A stretch of DNA of 60,000 nucleotides, taken from NCBI GenBank assembly GCA_028534125.1, contig CM052817.1, positions 97,404,001 through 97,464,000 on the forward strand. The letters run 5' to 3'. This document shows, in pieces, positions 13,291 through 28,300 of the stretch; position 1 is the stretch's first letter, and each line of letters starts with the position of its first letter. The notes under the pieces were generated by a model. The model ran no database searches. It was not told where the DNA came from and was given only the letters and a program-made list of their open reading frames with translations. Source of the DNA: Lama glama (taxonomy: Eukaryota). The position numbers and the translations under genes are program-made.

Positions 13291-14475
13291 TTTTAAAGCC
13301 TTGGCTGATGGAGCACCATAAAGTATGTTTCTTTAGTATCCTAAACTCGGGGTGGCCACAAGGGTGCATAATCCGTGGCTGAAAAAGAAAGGAATTCTGG
13401 AATTCTTATTCTTATTCTTATTAAATAACCAATAGAAATTTAAGTAATTTATTCTTTCTGAGTTGCTGGAGGGAGAAGGGCTGAGAGAGAGAGAGATCAG
13501 ATCTGTTCCCTAAACCCTGAGAATGGATTTTGCAACACTGGTCCTGGGACAACAGAGTCCTACCCATTTTCCAGCAATAAAATATTGGAAAATATTTTTC
13601 TGGGTTTCTCTCTCAGTTTTTGGAAGTCATCTTGAGAAATGGTGGTTTGTAGGGTAACACTTAGAGTGCATTGCTTTATACTTTTTTTTGAGGTCACACA
13701 AGAGTATTTGTCTTCTCTTTTCTGTGTTAATTAAAATAATAAATCTTAACTCCACATAGAACTATGACAATACACATCCTTATTCATCCGGCCAAAATGC
13801 TGCTTGGCATCTTTGAGGTTCTATTCAGCCGGGGGTGCCACAACACGGTGACTCACATCGGCCACTGCCCAGATGGAATTAAAAGGCCTGTCCCAAAGTC
13901 ACACGGCAGACTGTCCCCTCCCGGCATCTGCAGGCCATCAGGGAAGGATGGGAAATCATGGCCACTGATCTTTAGTGATCTTATTCCTAAAATCAATCTG
14001 CGACAAGCTTCCTCCACAATGAACCCAGCAGAGAGCAAACTAAAGACTACTCTTCCCATTTTAAAAATCCTCTCTTACTCAGTGTTTTGGAAACACCAAA
14101 CAAGTATGGATATAAAGATAATGCGAATGCTAAACGCAAAGCAAACCCCTGAAAATAAAGATGCTTATAAAGACGTTTAAAAACAGAGAGCAGCTAACAA
14201 GTTACTTAACACATTTTCTGAAATAATGTAAAATATAAAGTCAAACGATGAATGAATAAACATTAATGAGAACACCAGAGATGACAAAGCGGATTCTGAG
14301 ACTTAAAGAAACTCCTTAAAAACAGTTTGTTTAGATTACAGTTTGCAAAAAAGTAAAGTACTCACTGTAGGGCAATGGATCAGTTTTTACAAAACCAGAA
14401 AGATCTTTTCTGCCCAAACAAGCAGAATCAGTCTCAAAATGCTCCAAAGATATAATTAAACCACATAGCATATTT

Positions 14476-14502
14476 TATATATATGTGTGTGTGTGTGTGT
14501 GC

Positions 14503-14564
<62 letters not shown>
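14476..14564. repeat. Compound (TG)n(TA)n microsatellite
   Basis: Directly visible; pure TA run about 14507-14564. Confidence 0.95.
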
Positions 14565-14568
<4 letters not shown>

Positions 14569-16529
14569 CTGCTTTATTCCAAAAAATGTAAGGAGGCTAA
14601 CCATAAAAATGCTACTTAAGTTAATTCCAAATTCCTGGCAAAACAAACAACGTAAGCACCAATATATTTTTATTAACACAAATTCATTTTAATTTTAAGT
14701 TATGGAAATCTACTAGAGCCAATGCTGAATTGATAGTTTGCCCAAACCAAAATAAGAAAACTTATTTAATAACAGAGGACTGTTTAAATATACCAAAGTA
14801 AGATAATTATATATACATCTTTCATATATATGTATATAGACACACATATATGCATATATTCTAGAATATATAACACTGGAAAAATTTTATGTGCTACAGT
14901 AAATTCAAGTAGTTACAAAAAGACAGTCTCCACAAAAGTTTTCTACAAAGAATGTATCTTATTTTTATGAAGTAGAAGACTCGACTTTTAAGAAAAATGC
15001 ATATTGTTCCTGTAACTATATTCCTATAAGAAAAGATCATCACTTTTACTCAAAAACAGACTTCCTGTAGGTGAGTAATAGTAGAGAGTATATTATCACT
15101 GTTCTTGCTGACTTTACATGTTTTATCAAGATTTTATTGTTTTACAGGACAGAGTTTCACCCTAGGCCAACCCATGTACTGTAAATAAGGAACCATACCC
15201 TAGTGATGTCTCATGATATGTAAAAAGGGAGCTACTCAATGGCATCTTTCACTTAGGGATGAAAATCTCTTTACCACTCCCTAAAATGAGCATTACACAG
15301 CTTGAAAAATTATTACACAAATCACAAACTGTAAGTTATACACCTGGACATGAACAAATTATTTTAAGCCTACACAACCTTGCAAATATCCACTCACCCA
15401 ACAAGGAGAAATAATTGAAATATATGAAACACATTTTCCAAAGGACTGTATTACAAAATATATTAATTATTCTGTAGGATAAATGGCTATAAAGGCATAT
15501 TTAATATTTCAAGCCTATGCTAGGTATTTTAAAATAAAAAGATCCTGATATAAACCAATGATAGAAAGCTAATAATTATAGTAAAATACAGATTTTTTTT
15601 CAATAGTATTGGTGTACAAAGTATATCCATAAGAAACTTAGCTCACGAAGTTATTTTTATGAAAAAAATCATAAAACTGCACCACACCCAATTATGTATG
15701 CTACAGGTCCGTCTCAATCAAGGATAGTTTCACTTTGGAAGTATGAAATTAAACAAATCTTTTTGTAGCTAGGAGAAACATGAAAGCTGAACAAAAACAT
15801 TATACTCCAAATTAGCAATGGAAAGTAAGAAGTGATTTGATGATTTTATGCTGAATTTATGCTATATTAAAAAATAAATAACTCAATCACATAACTAATA
15901 TCACTAATTATTTCAACAAAGGGGAGCAATCAAATAACAGTTTTTAATGGAACTGAGCAAAATTCAACTACTACCAATTTAAATAATCAAAAATTTAAAA
16001 ATGAGCTGACAATAAGAATTATGTCAGAAATTGCCTAGGTGTAAATGTTCTGCATAAAGTAAGGATCCTTCTCACGGTGCCCACCTGCTCCACAATTTAT
16101 CAGTAAGATATGGAATACCAAACTTCTCAAGGTGAGGTCCATTGGGGTTAAGTGAGGTTTACCAGAGATTAGAAGTCCCAAGAGAAACTACAGCATGTCA
16201 CCTTAGGTCTTTTACTTTATGAGTAGAATGTTTCTGAGAAAAGCATCTCAGACAAAAGCCCCAATGTGCTGACGGGGCCCACATTCATCATCCCATTTCT
16301 GTCTCTTGGTCTTTATTCTATCTTTGGACCCCGATACCTTACCCAACTCCCACCCCCATGGGCAAACGACAAATGTGGTCCCAGCTGATCTAAAGTTCCG
16401 AGGTCCACCATGATCGCTGGGAGGATACTGGCAAGCTACCTACTAATAAAACACAAAGTTAAGAAAAACACTTTGAATAAAGAGGTTTTGGGGATTTTTT
16501 TGTCAGAAATCTTAAGAAGAAAAGTAAAG

Positions 16530-16710
16530 TTTCAGCTTTGGAGATCAAATCCTGGACCTGCTACCTGACCCTGACCCTGACCCAATTAGTTAACCCTTCT
16601 GAGCCTGTATTTCCTTGTTTTTAAAATGGGGACAGGGCCAATACCCACCACAATGGTGGGGGGGGGCTTGTTAAATGACTCACGGGCATGAAGTTCTTAG
16701 CACAGAACCC
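16530..16710 (+). mobile_element. MIR SINE relic
   Basis: taacccttctgagcctgtatttccttgtttttaaaatgggg...cttagcacag. Confidence 0.65.
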
Positions 16711-19700
16711 AGCAAGAGGCTGGCGTTTCCTGACTGCCACTGTCAAGGTCTTGACTGTGAAAACAGCATAATATTCCCATGAAAACCTCAAGAATATACA
16801 ATAAAACTCTCATCATGCAAGTTAACAGCATGAAAAGGGATAAAGTCTATAAAGTATTTTTACACACTATACACATCCAACGATGGAAGCCACTGGGGCC
16901 GTCATAAGGAAAATACGCCCTCTGTGTATCAGAGAAAATTTTACTCAAAGTACCCAAAATACTGAGGAAACTAAAATCTGCTGTAAATGCAAAGACGACT
17001 TTGCTAATTCCATTCAACTGTGTGTCCTGAATTTATATGTACATCACATAATTTTGAAGAAAGCTATATGAACTATTTTTCAATTGCTCATTTGAAGACA
17101 GACATCGGTGAAATAGACATCCCAGGTTAAAAAAGGAATATTACTTCAGGAGTTTTATCCATAAAGGTTGTAGATCGAGGCTGAGGCTTACTGAGCCACA
17201 GCTTTCAACATGTAAATATATTGGGAGCTTAATATAAATCTATCCACTGTAAGTTGGAATTTGCCAAAGAGAGAATCAGGAACCATATATTACCATGACA
17301 TTATTTCACAAACAAAAAGACCACTTCTTAAAGTAGCCTCATGTAGATGGCATACATCCCAAGGACAGACGTGTTTATAAAAATGCCGTCACAGTAGCAT
17401 ATGTGTGTGTCTGTATAAATAAAGTCTTGTTACCCAAATAAAAATGTAACTTTCCCACAGCTCTCTGGCCATTGACTCCAGTCAAATCTTACTTTGTAAA
17501 TCTTTAAAATTAGGATCCATTCATTTCTGTAGTGAAAACATTGCATAATGCAAGAGAAGCCCATCTACCTACTGAAAAAATAACTATGCTTTTAAAAATC
17601 CTCCTCCTCCTCCTCTAAAGTAAAAGGACTGAATCCTAAGGTGCATTTCTAAGTGACTAGATTATAAGTATTTTTCATATGGTAACTATACAATGGAAAG
17701 GCTCCCCCCAAGTCATAACATTATCAAAGTTAAGCAAATATAATGCACATATTGTTCCAAATATAAAACAATTTTGTAATATCTAAAATATCTGCCTAGA
17801 AGAATACAGGAAAATGCCAACATGACAAGTTTTTATGGTAAAGACAACAGAACCTCCATCAAAGGCTTTTATTTAACATTGATTATTTCTGCTAAACTGT
17901 ACATATTGATTGTTAATTTTTGTTGTTGTTGTTTATCAATCCCCATTATATCCTTTCCTTTTCAATTGTCGTGTAAAAAGAAAATACAACAGAAGTGTAA
18001 CTCACTGTAGTTCGTGGCTGTTAAAATGAAAGGAAGGCACAGGCTCTGAAGGTGAGGAGTGGGTCAAAGGGATAAACACTCTGAGATCAGAAACTTTCAC
18101 TTCCCAGTTTATAGAGTATTATTATAAGAGAAAGCCACAAACAAGTATCCTTAAATTATGAAAATGCACTGAAGGTGTTCTCTTTCAAAAGGGCTATATT
18201 TATTCAACTATGTGTTCCCAATACAAGGTAAACCCCTTATTAAAATGCCATGCCTCAGTTATTTGTTTCCTAAATTTAAATTATACAAAACTGTTTAATC
18301 ACTGAGGTTTCTAAAAGTAGTAGGTCCTAGATCTCAAGGAAAAAAAATCTTCCATCTTCAAGACACTTATAGCTGTGCTTATACTGGCCCAGTAGAGTAC
18401 TTGGCCAATAAGTTTATATATAATTGCCAATTTCCTTGACACACCAGAATAAGCATACCAGTAACAGTATTTCCATAAACCCAACTTTGGTCTAGAAAAG
18501 GGAAAGTGATGAAACAAAAACACTGAGCAGATGATATAAAATAAGCTAAACCACAACTCACAAAAAAGACCACAAAAAAAAAAAACCCCAAAAATGCTAG
18601 GTAGGGATCATATAAATGCTTGCTAAGTCATAAAAGATGCCTGTCTTTCAAGCATCATTCCTTTGGATCATTGCATCAGGAGAGAGCTGCATAAAGGAGG
18701 AAGTCATGCTAGAATGAAAGGATAAATGAATTGCTTTTGCTAATCTGTAACTGTGGTCCAACTTCCTTACAGTTTCTATTAATTTTCTTTTCTGGCCCAT
18801 TCTATTTGGATATCATCTGAAAAGATGATAAGCCAGTTGTCTCAGAACAACTGTACTCAACTTCTGACCAAATGTGTTTAGTTCTCTGCCTTGCCCTTGC
18901 TGTAACTATTTAAAAAAGAAAAGAAAAGAAAAAAAGCTAATCATTTGAACACCTCATAACTACAATTTATTGAATCACATGGTCCTTACACATTCCTAAT
19001 AGAAGTTAAGATGTTTATTGCCTATAATTCCTACACCCCCTTGGGTTACATAAAGGATCTGTACCTCTCCCCAAACAAAAGGATTCTCGCTACCTTCAGT
19101 TTTCACCACTTGAAATTGGCAAATGCAGCTATAAAACTAGAGGGTAAACAAATGAGTACCAATAAATTTTATACATACCAAAGTAAGTTAATCATCATGT
19201 CAGCTTTTCACTACTGTTCAAGAATCAGAATTCATTTATTTATTTATTTCAAACAGGATATGATGGTATTGGTGGAGGTCTAGGAGACTTAAGAGTTAGC
19301 TCCCATTTTTTCCCATGTTTTAGGTGCCCCAGCCCTTTGAGAAACAGCTGTACAGCCAATCCTCTCCTACATGTACAGATACACAGAATGCCAGATATCA
19401 CTTCAAGAAGTTCATAGAAACCCCCAAATTAATAATCGATCAGCTGTGAAATTGGCAGTGGCAGGTGTAGGGGGAACCAAATCTCTACACACAATCAATC
19501 GGATCAGCCTGTGTAATTGCTTATGGGGGCCGGAGACAGGTGAGCACTCGGGATGGGCGACCGAGGCAGGTGGGGATGGGTAAGGGCCAGTGGTGCAGCA
19601 GGGCCCCTCGGTTTGCTCTGTTCACTTAGAATCAGGAAGTAAAGGTAGCAAAATAAAGTGGAAGGACATTCTTAGTGACAGTGGCTAGGAAGAAGTGGAA

Positions 19701-20070
19701 CTTTCTCAGGCAGCCTGTTCAAGCACAAAAGTCTAGATGGGCTACTGTAAGTCATTCAGTAAAACTGCGGCAATACAAAGGGATTTTCATCTCCCCCTGC
19801 TTCACACTTTGTCATCATTTTGCTTATTTCGCATCAAGCACTATAGAGAAGAACTTAATAAAAATAAAACTAATTATATTGTTAGCTCTATTCATTTATA
19901 GACACACAGACACATAAGGAAACCACATCCATGTTTCTCTTCACATGATGGTGTGTGCTTTCTTCTTTAAACAAAACCAAAAATAAGCTTCAGCTGTAAC
20001 TGGATCACAGTCACACGGGTCACGGTCCTTACACCACGGAGCCACAGTTCAAGTAAGCTCACTAATTTCT

Positions 20071-20654
20071 CTCTTTTTTTGTGTGTATATGTATGTGTGT
20101 GTGTGTGTGTGTGTATTTACTGAAGGATAGTCAGTTTACAATGTTACGTCAATTTCTGGTGTACAGCACAGTGCTTTAGTCACACAGGAACATACATATA
20201 TATTCATTTTCACACTCTTTTTCACCATAGGTTACTACAAGATACTGAATGTAGTTCCCTGTGCTATACAGTATTACCTTGTTGTTTATTTTTTATATAT
20301 TAGTATCTGCAAATCTCAAACTCTCAATTTATCCCTTCCCATTCCCTTTCCCCTGGTACCTATAAGTTTGTTTTCTATGTTTGTAAGTCTGTTTCTGTTT
20401 TGTAAATAAGTTCATTTGTGTCTCTCTCTCTCTCTCTTTTTAAAGATTCCACTTATAAGTGTTCTCTGGTATTTTTCTTTCTCTTTCTGGCTTACTTCAC
20501 TTAGAATGATGATCTCCAGGTCCAACCATGTTGTTGCAAATGGCGTTATTTCATTCTTTTTTAATGTCTCAGTAGTATTCCATTATAAACATAACATAGC
20601 TTCTTTATCCAGTCATCAGTCGATGGACATTTATGTTGTTTCCATGTCTTGGCT
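20071..20654 (-). mobile_element. L1 3' end with TSD
   Basis: L1 3'UTR motifs; TSD actaatttct at 20061-20070 and 20655-20664; tail converted to (TG)n. Confidence 0.88.
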
Positions 20655-21199
20655 ACTAATTTCTTACCTGATGCTATGGCTTGTACAGGATCTTATTGTG
20701 ACGCTCTCAGGAAAGCAAAACAACTCAGCCAAACGCATCACAAAAACTGCATTGTAATTAGAAGTATACTTCCTTCAGGAACAAACCTACTTTCCCCGAA
20801 GAACTTTTTTTTCATTATTAATGTATAAGTATCTGATATATGAACTAAGATTAATCATCCCTGTTTGGATTTAGGGTGTATTTGGGTTTTAAACAGAATC
20901 ATGCTTTTGAATCACTATTTGTTAGAAGGTTCTTGGACTCTGGACTATTCCAGTTCCCATAGGAATTGATTGGATTGACATAAGAGAATTAAAAAAAAAA
21001 AAAACAAAGTGCTAGGTGCCAGGTATTTCAACAGGAGTTTTCATGTAAGTTTTCATCTTAATTATATCATGCTCACATCTTCTGCACCAGGACATTAAAT
21101 ACAGGTTGACAAGAAATTGTATGTTAGACCCGTGAAATCCTAGGCTCCCACAGGTGTCACCCTCATAGACAGCCTCCTCAGGACGCCACTCAATGCCTG

Positions 21200-21345
21200 C
21201 CGCAGCATCAACCCCCTGGGACTGTAAATATCCACGTATGCATCTTCCTCCCTCCCTGGGCTGTGAGTTCCTTGAAGGCAGAAACCACACATTAACAATG
21301 GTGTATTCTGGCGCCTGATAATAAGTCTCTGCTGAATTAAAAATA
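21200..21345 (+). mobile_element. L2 3' terminus
   Basis: ctgtgagttccttgaaggcagaaacc...gcctgataataagtctctgctgaat. Confidence 0.6.
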
Positions 21346-22364
21346 AAATGAAGTGTTTGTTTATAGATGACCTAAGAGAAGTTAGGGATTTAAAGAAAGC
21401 AAAGATAATGCAAATCAAGGAGCAAATCAAGAATGAATTTTCAATGAGAAGAAAGAAACTCTGAATTGACAACCCACATCACTGACGCAGGATGAATTTC
21501 GACATGAGATTCCTCCGTAAAAGAATGAAAGTCCTAAACCTTTCATCACTTGGAAGAAAAATCTCTCCACGATGCTATTCTCTTCTTTCTTAAATGTAAT
21601 ATAATTCAACATTCTGCCAATGGCTCGGTAATTATTGTGAACATCAGTTATCATCCAGAGCTCTGCAGGCAGCTGTAAGTGCAGATGCCGTAAACCAAGG
21701 AGTGGGAGAACCACAGCAAAACTTGTCTGAGCTGCAGCTCTGCAGGCTGATGCCCTCAAAGACCTCCGACACCGTCCTCTTCCAGCCTCCTCAGATACGC
21801 TGCCATCAATGGAAAATCAAGTGCTCTATCATTTCCATCTCAGCCCCAACACCTTATCATCTGTATCTCAGACAAGTTCAATCTCTCAGGTCCACCATCT
21901 CTTCAAGTGTAAAGTCTGCGATGATGTCACCTATCACAGAGCGACAGTCAACACCCAGTAACTTCAGGGCCCTTCCTCTCCATTCTTACAAGGGGCACCT
22001 CACCTTTAAGGTTACTGAGATACAGGTGGCCATATTTTATGGACCCCAAATTGGGGGACCTAACTGTGCCACTAGACTAATATTTAAAATATAAATCTCC
22101 TGGGAAATGCAGGGTATGGGGCTTACCCCAGGACTGCAAGCTGTCTGCATTACTTCCTTTTATTTAAAGGCCGTCTGAGTCTGTATCTCTATATTGGCTA
22201 TTATTCTTTTATTTCATTTATAATATTGTATATATTCATCCCTGCGTTCACAAAAGTTTTGGGGTATCAGGCATCATGCTCTGAGATGACAGCAGAGAAG
22301 AAATGGGCACCATTTTCACTGCTATGGAACTGACAATCTAGACTCTAGAGCGAGAAAGAGGTAC

Positions 22365-22662
22365 TTTTTTTAATTGAAGTATAGTTGATTTACAATATTA
22401 TCTTAGTTTCAGGTGCACAACACAGTGCTTCAATACTTGTATAGATTATACTTCATTTAAAGTTATTTTAAAATGTTGGCTATACTCCCCATGCCATACA
22501 GTATATCCTTGTAGCTTATTTATTTTGTACATAGCAGTTTGTATCTCCTAATCCCCGCCCCCATGCTGCCCCTCCCCTCTCCCTACTGGTGACCACGAGT
22601 TTGATCTCTGTATCTGTGAGTCTGCTTCTGTTTTGTATATTCATTCCTTTATTTTTTAGATC
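22365..22662 (-). mobile_element. L1 3' end fragment
   Basis: ttttttttaattgaagtatagttgatttacaat...tatctgtgagtctgcttctg. Confidence 0.88.
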
Positions 22663-24435
22663 AAGAAGATATGGTGTAGGTATATATTCAAGAAAGAGGT
22701 CTTTAACTAGACAGTTACCCAAATAATTACAATTGTGGTAACTGCTGTGGGGTATAAGAGAGAGTGTCACATTCTAGGAAAGTCAGATACAGCAGACGTA
22801 GAGGACGAGCCAGGAGCTGGAAGGGTCTCTGAGGAATGCACACTTCAGCAGAGGGCGAAGGAGACCCTCGCGGTCCCCGCACCAAGGCTCCCATGATGTG
22901 TCTGTTTACTGCCTCTTCCTACATTTCCTTCCGCACCTTTTCATTCTCTCCACGATCCCTCTCCCTCCTGACACTGCACCAGTGGGATATGGCTGAAGGC
23001 AGCCAGATGTTAATTGGAAGACCCTGCTCTGAATCTCCTCTGTAAAGCTGATAGCTGCTTCCCCTTTCTGGGCTCCATCTGTGAAATGGGAGGACACGTG
23101 CCCCGAGCACCTCATACAGAGACCCTTGTGTGTGCAGTGACAGATGCCAGAGGTCGTGCGGACTTCAAGGCTACTCAACAATGTGAACTTATTTTTCTTA
23201 CTATATTTGCCCTTTCTCTCGTCCTTCTGTCTTCTTATCTTTAGTGGTCACTTAACTGCTGTTAGTATTCTCTGAATGAATAGTTATCTTAGAGATTTCC
23301 AAGTCAGGATTCTGACCCATCACTACATGACTCGCCCTCCTTCCATTTTCCAGCCACTCATTTACTTAATAGACCTTCAAAACATGTCTGCTGTGGATCA
23401 AAGTCACAGGCATGAGGGGTTAGGATTCAAAAAATGAAAATACAGCACTAATCGTAACAACTAACATTGATTTTTCATATGTATCTCTGTACCAGGTCTC
23501 ACCTATAATTTCAAAGAAGTACAAATACCCTCCTACCCAAACTGCATACTCAATCTCAAGCACCAATGAAAAAAAAATGGTGCATTTGAGATAGAAAACT
23601 CTTCTAAAAAACCCAACATTTCAAAATTAATGCCTAATTAATTTTACTCAGTAATATTTTAATTCAGTCAAATGGATTTACAGTTCGTCTTGAATAATCA
23701 GCTAAGTTTCTAACTTCCGAGTAACAAGACCAGTTAATAAGTTGATACCTATTTGTTTGCTCATCTATTAAATGGCATAATATTTATGACCTCCATAAAG
23801 TCACCACCAGAAGAAAACTTCTATAGAACATCAGATACAATGCTCTATACCTTTGTTCTCCTCTCCTCAGACTGCTTGTATTTCTTGATTAATACTAAGT
23901 AAGCAGTGGGACTTCACCACACCACTACACTTTGGTTTGCTGGAAACCACGTGCACTCTTCTCCCACGCTCTGACTGACTGATGCCTTGCTTTGGGGAGC
24001 ACTGAAGCCCATCAGTTTGCATCAGAGGATCGGAGATTACAAGAGTCAATGTAAAAAGAAGTATTTAGGGAAATGTAATCCTCTTTGCTCCCATGAATGG
24101 TAATGTTTTGTGAGCTACGTTGAAACTGGTGTGTTCCTGGAGCAGTTTGGCGCCAAGTGCAATGACAGTGCACTGTACTTTAAAGCAGCAGGGTGAACAC
24201 AGAATTTATATTAGATGCCTCATTTGTGCTCTTAATAATTATTAATAATACATGCATTTTCTTATAAAGGCAAAAAACTTAACTCACTGAATAACATCTG
24301 TACGCATAATACTAACATGTTTCAAAACTATTTCCCCTGTTTTATCTTTACAGTAATTTCTTAAGTCAATGGTTACTGCCATCATATGACACATCTATGA
24401 GGTGCTGGTTAAACTCACTCTAAAATACCCATCTG

Positions 24436-24865
24436 AAAGAAGTTGTGGTATCTTTATATGATGGAATACTACTCAGCCATAAAAAGTAATAAAATAATAA
24501 AATAATGCCATTTGCAGCAACATGGATGGACCTGGAGATTGTCATTTCATCTACAAAACAGAAACAGATTTGCAGACATAGTATACAATCCTATGGTTAC
24601 TGGGGAAAGGGGGTGGGAAGGGGTAAATTTGGGAGTTTGAGATTTAGAAATGTTAGCCACTATATATAAAAATACATTTTTTAAAAATTTCTTCTGTATA
24701 GCACAAAGAACTATGTTCAATATCTTGTAATAACCTTTAATGAAAAATAATATGAAAATGAATATATGTATGTATGTATATGCATGACTAGGACATTGTG
24801 CTGAACAGCAGAAACTGACACACTGTAACTGACTATATTTCAATAAAAAAATAATAAAAATAAAA
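24436..24865 (+). mobile_element. 5'-truncated L1 with perfect 15-bp TSD
   Basis: taaaatacccatctg at 24421-24435 and 24866-24880; sense 3'UTR (atggaatactactcagccataaaaa...) with an A-rich tail. Confidence 0.92.
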
Positions 24866-24899
24866 TAAAATACCCATCTGCTCAACCCCCCTACCCCAC

Positions 24900-25360
24900 C
24901 AAGGCCTTATTTGTACCATGCATCCTTCTGGCAGTCTGGTAAAGTCTATGGACCTCTTCTTGGAAATACATGGTTTTCTTAGTGTATAACTAGATTACAC
25001 AGAAAACAAATAGATTGACAGTTATCAAAATATTTTAAAATGTGATACAGTAATGTACTGCTTTATTAATCTACTAAATAACAAAATCCAGTGTGGGTCT
25101 AATAAATACTGTAATTTTAAAGTAGTGATGAGCTTAAATATTTTGAGATATGTACAACAACTATAGTGTGACATGAAAACATCTGTGATTTCTATCAGTG
25201 GCAAAGTCATGGGCTGTCAATACTACTATGATTTGTTGCCTGCATTCAGAATTAAGGGAAATGCTAAATTTCAGTTAGATATTAGTGAAAATAAAAGTGT
25301 AATTATTTCCCTCATCCCAGCTCATGAACTATTGGAAATTCCACCAACTCCACTGGGACC
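24900..25360. mobile_element. hAT-Charlie element (Charlie4a/MER80-like)
   Basis: tgtaccatgcatccttctggcagtctggtaaagtctatggacctcttct...gttatcaaaatatt..., resembling the recalled Charlie4a consensus. Confidence 0.6.
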
Positions 25361-28300
25361 CTTGCCAACTGTCATAACAAAGTTCATCAATTTATAAATT
25401 GGCCACAGAAGTTTCCAAAGTATTTCAATACATGACAAAAAAAGTTGTCCTTAATATCAGTATCAAAAGCTAAAGGTCAAACAAACAAAAAAAGCCAGAA
25501 AATTCTACATTTCATAAATTCAAAGCTTTTATTTCCCAACCTCCACCAGTCTTAATTTTTCCAAATCTTTATATAAATCTCTAAAAAGATTTCAGGAAAT
25601 AAAGAATTTTTAAAAACCTAGTGTTCTGAAAACATTTATTTTGGTTTCTAGATATATATTTTGGTTTCTAAATCAAAGAAAAAGGTAACATAGCAGGTGT
25701 ATCCACACACAAGGATGTTAAAGGGTGCATTTGTTTCCATGTTTTTTCCCCCCAAACCCTCTCTCCTGGGCATTCTGCCCCACCGTACGCAACTTTCCCC
25801 GAGAATTTTGTAACACACTGCTTGCTCCCTGACTTCAGCAGCATCCAAGGTACCTCATGTAGTGAGACCTCAAAATAGCCCCAAATTCATTCCTTGTAGA
25901 CATGGAGACCAGTTTCTGAACTCAAAACAAACAGACATGGTTTGACAAGCATGAGTATACTTGTGGGGACAACTAGACAAAATTCTTGGTATCAGGAGAC
26001 TCATGGAAAACCTATAAGGAACAAGTCAGTGCACACAGAGGCAAGTTCTTTCTTCTCCTAAAGATAAGGTTGACCTTCCAGGGCTGTAATTGGGATACAT
26101 GCCCGCTCTACATGCTGTACAGTGAAGGGAGATTAAGCCTTTCACCAATTACGTGATTGAACTGTGAAGGAATTTTTGAAGTAATTTCAGCCATTTTCTT
26201 TTTTTACACACTTGTTTTTTAGAAGGATTAAAATATTCTAGAAGATATACTAGAAGAGAAAAAAGTTGCTGGCTCTAAAATTCATTTATAAATTTCCAGA
26301 TACAAGTCCTGATTTGGTAAAACCTAAACTGATAAATTCAATCCAAAGGAATGTGTCTACTCTTTCTCATCTGCTCACAAGCCCCCTCATATACGAGGCA
26401 AAGATGATCAATCAAATCATCAAAATTTCTGATTTCCTCTTTCTCCTGCATACTTAAATCCAGAGTGATTACATTCCACCTTGAATATCAAAAGCTAAAA
26501 TTAAAAAAAAAAAAACCTCTTTTAGAACTACAATAAAAATGAATTTTCAAGAACATCAATTCAAACAGTGAAAGTTTGGATTTTATTAAAACAATAGCTA
26601 GATGTACAATCACACTGGCAATGTGATTTCAACACCAATCTACAAAAGAAGCCATCACGACTTATTTTCTATAATGTTATGCTAACACTGCATGATCCAT
26701 TAGTAAGTAAAACATAGCCCTTATAAAATTCAGAAACTATGTTACATTCCATGAACACAGCCTTGAGTTTTGTCACTCAAAGATTATCCATTTTAAAAAG
26801 TCCATGTTACTTGAAAAGGGCAAAAAGGTTCTAGTACCTCTACATTTGAGTCACTGTCCCATATATACGTAATAAAATGGATTTGTCATGAGACTTTGCT
26901 ACATTTCAAAAGCTACCCAAAAATTAAGTGGTGGTTTCCAACAAATGAACACAACTGAGCTGTTACAGCAACCCAAATATTAGACACAAACTTCCAATAT
27001 ACTGTGATTGTTCCATTGGTCTAGATCAGATTACATAAATACTATCATAATGTTAAATCAACAATGCCACCAGTTACCTGGAACCTATAAAATATTAAAA
27101 ACTTTAAAGGTACTCTCAAGCTGAAAAAAAAGTCTTATTAAAATTCAGTTTGGGTTTAATATGAAAAATGTTAACGCACCAAAAGAATTCGAGCTAAGCA
27201 ATCATGAATGAATAGATATTATCCTGAAATTTAAGACAAGCTGCTGGATTGAATGATGAGACCGTCAGCTTGAGTTCTTCAGTTCATTAGCTTAACCACA
27301 ATCTCAACCTAATATCCATAAAGTCACAAAGGCAAATGTAATATACCTTCTAAGTTGAGAGAACTACACAAATTTTTCATTAGCCACATCGTGAAGGATT
27401 TATGTTCAGCATTACTTTAGTGACGGCGAAGAGATAACTAGAAAAATCTTTGAGGAAGAAGTTAAGTTTTTTAAAAAACATGAAAAACCTGTTTTCCTTA
27501 TGTTCAATGCAAACACACTAGAAAACAGAAATATATCCCTCTTTAAAAACAACAACAAGAAAAAACAAAAAACTGCAAATTACCCAATATGCATCCACCC
27601 AGAGACACACACCTGCCCTCCTGCTGTGTTTCCCCTACCATCTACCCAGACGCCAAAGCCAGGTCCCGGCATCATCCCTGAACTCTCTCTTCTCCCCAAA
27701 CCCCCGCCATCGATCACTCACCGAGGCCCACTGATTCCACTTAAGTGTCTCCCACTTGTCCTGATACCCTCGTGGGGGCAGTGGCCACACCTCTCCCCAC
27801 ACGAGGCCAGTCCCCCGTCCTCCCCCTCTTCTCCACCGACACCCCTGCTCAGGCTCGCAGGCAGTTTCTCACGCCGAGCCTCCGCACACCTCTGGTTTCA
27901 CCTTAACGTCACTTCCTGTTGGGAGACGAAGAGTTCTAACTTCTCCGGCTGGGATGTGATTTTCACATTAAGAAAGTGTTTCCATGCAATTATTACCTCC
28001 TCAATGAAAAGAACCCAGGGAAGGGGGTAGAATCCTGAGCTGTGCAGTAGTACTTTCCATGGCAATAGTTATTTTTAGCCCCTCCTGTCCCCTGACCCAT
28101 CTCTGCTGTTGTTACCATTACATCACCATTATTTTAAATAATAATAATGAGTAACCAACAGTGGCATGGTTTTATAATTCGTAAAATTAACACGGCACCT
28201 TAACATACACAATCACAAAGTGAATCCTTCCCTGGTCCCAGTTACACCGAGCACGTTGCGAGTCCTCCACATTCTATCACTAGATAACGGATGGCCCGTT

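Noticed and set aside
14434..14692. ORFs with YIYIYI repeats
   Set aside because: Translation of the (TA)n microsatellite.
16560..16585. (CCCTGA)3 telomere-variant-like repeat
   Set aside because: Only three units inside a MIR relic; a slippage product.
21427..21759. 110-aa minus-strand ORF and a GTGATGA C-box-like motif (snoRNA?)
   Set aside because: No recognisable protein similarity, and no CTGA D box or terminal stem at the expected distance.
27500..28030. Longest ORF (176 aa, Pro-rich)
   Set aside because: Arises from C-rich low-complexity sequence, possibly L2-derived; no recognisable domain or splice context.
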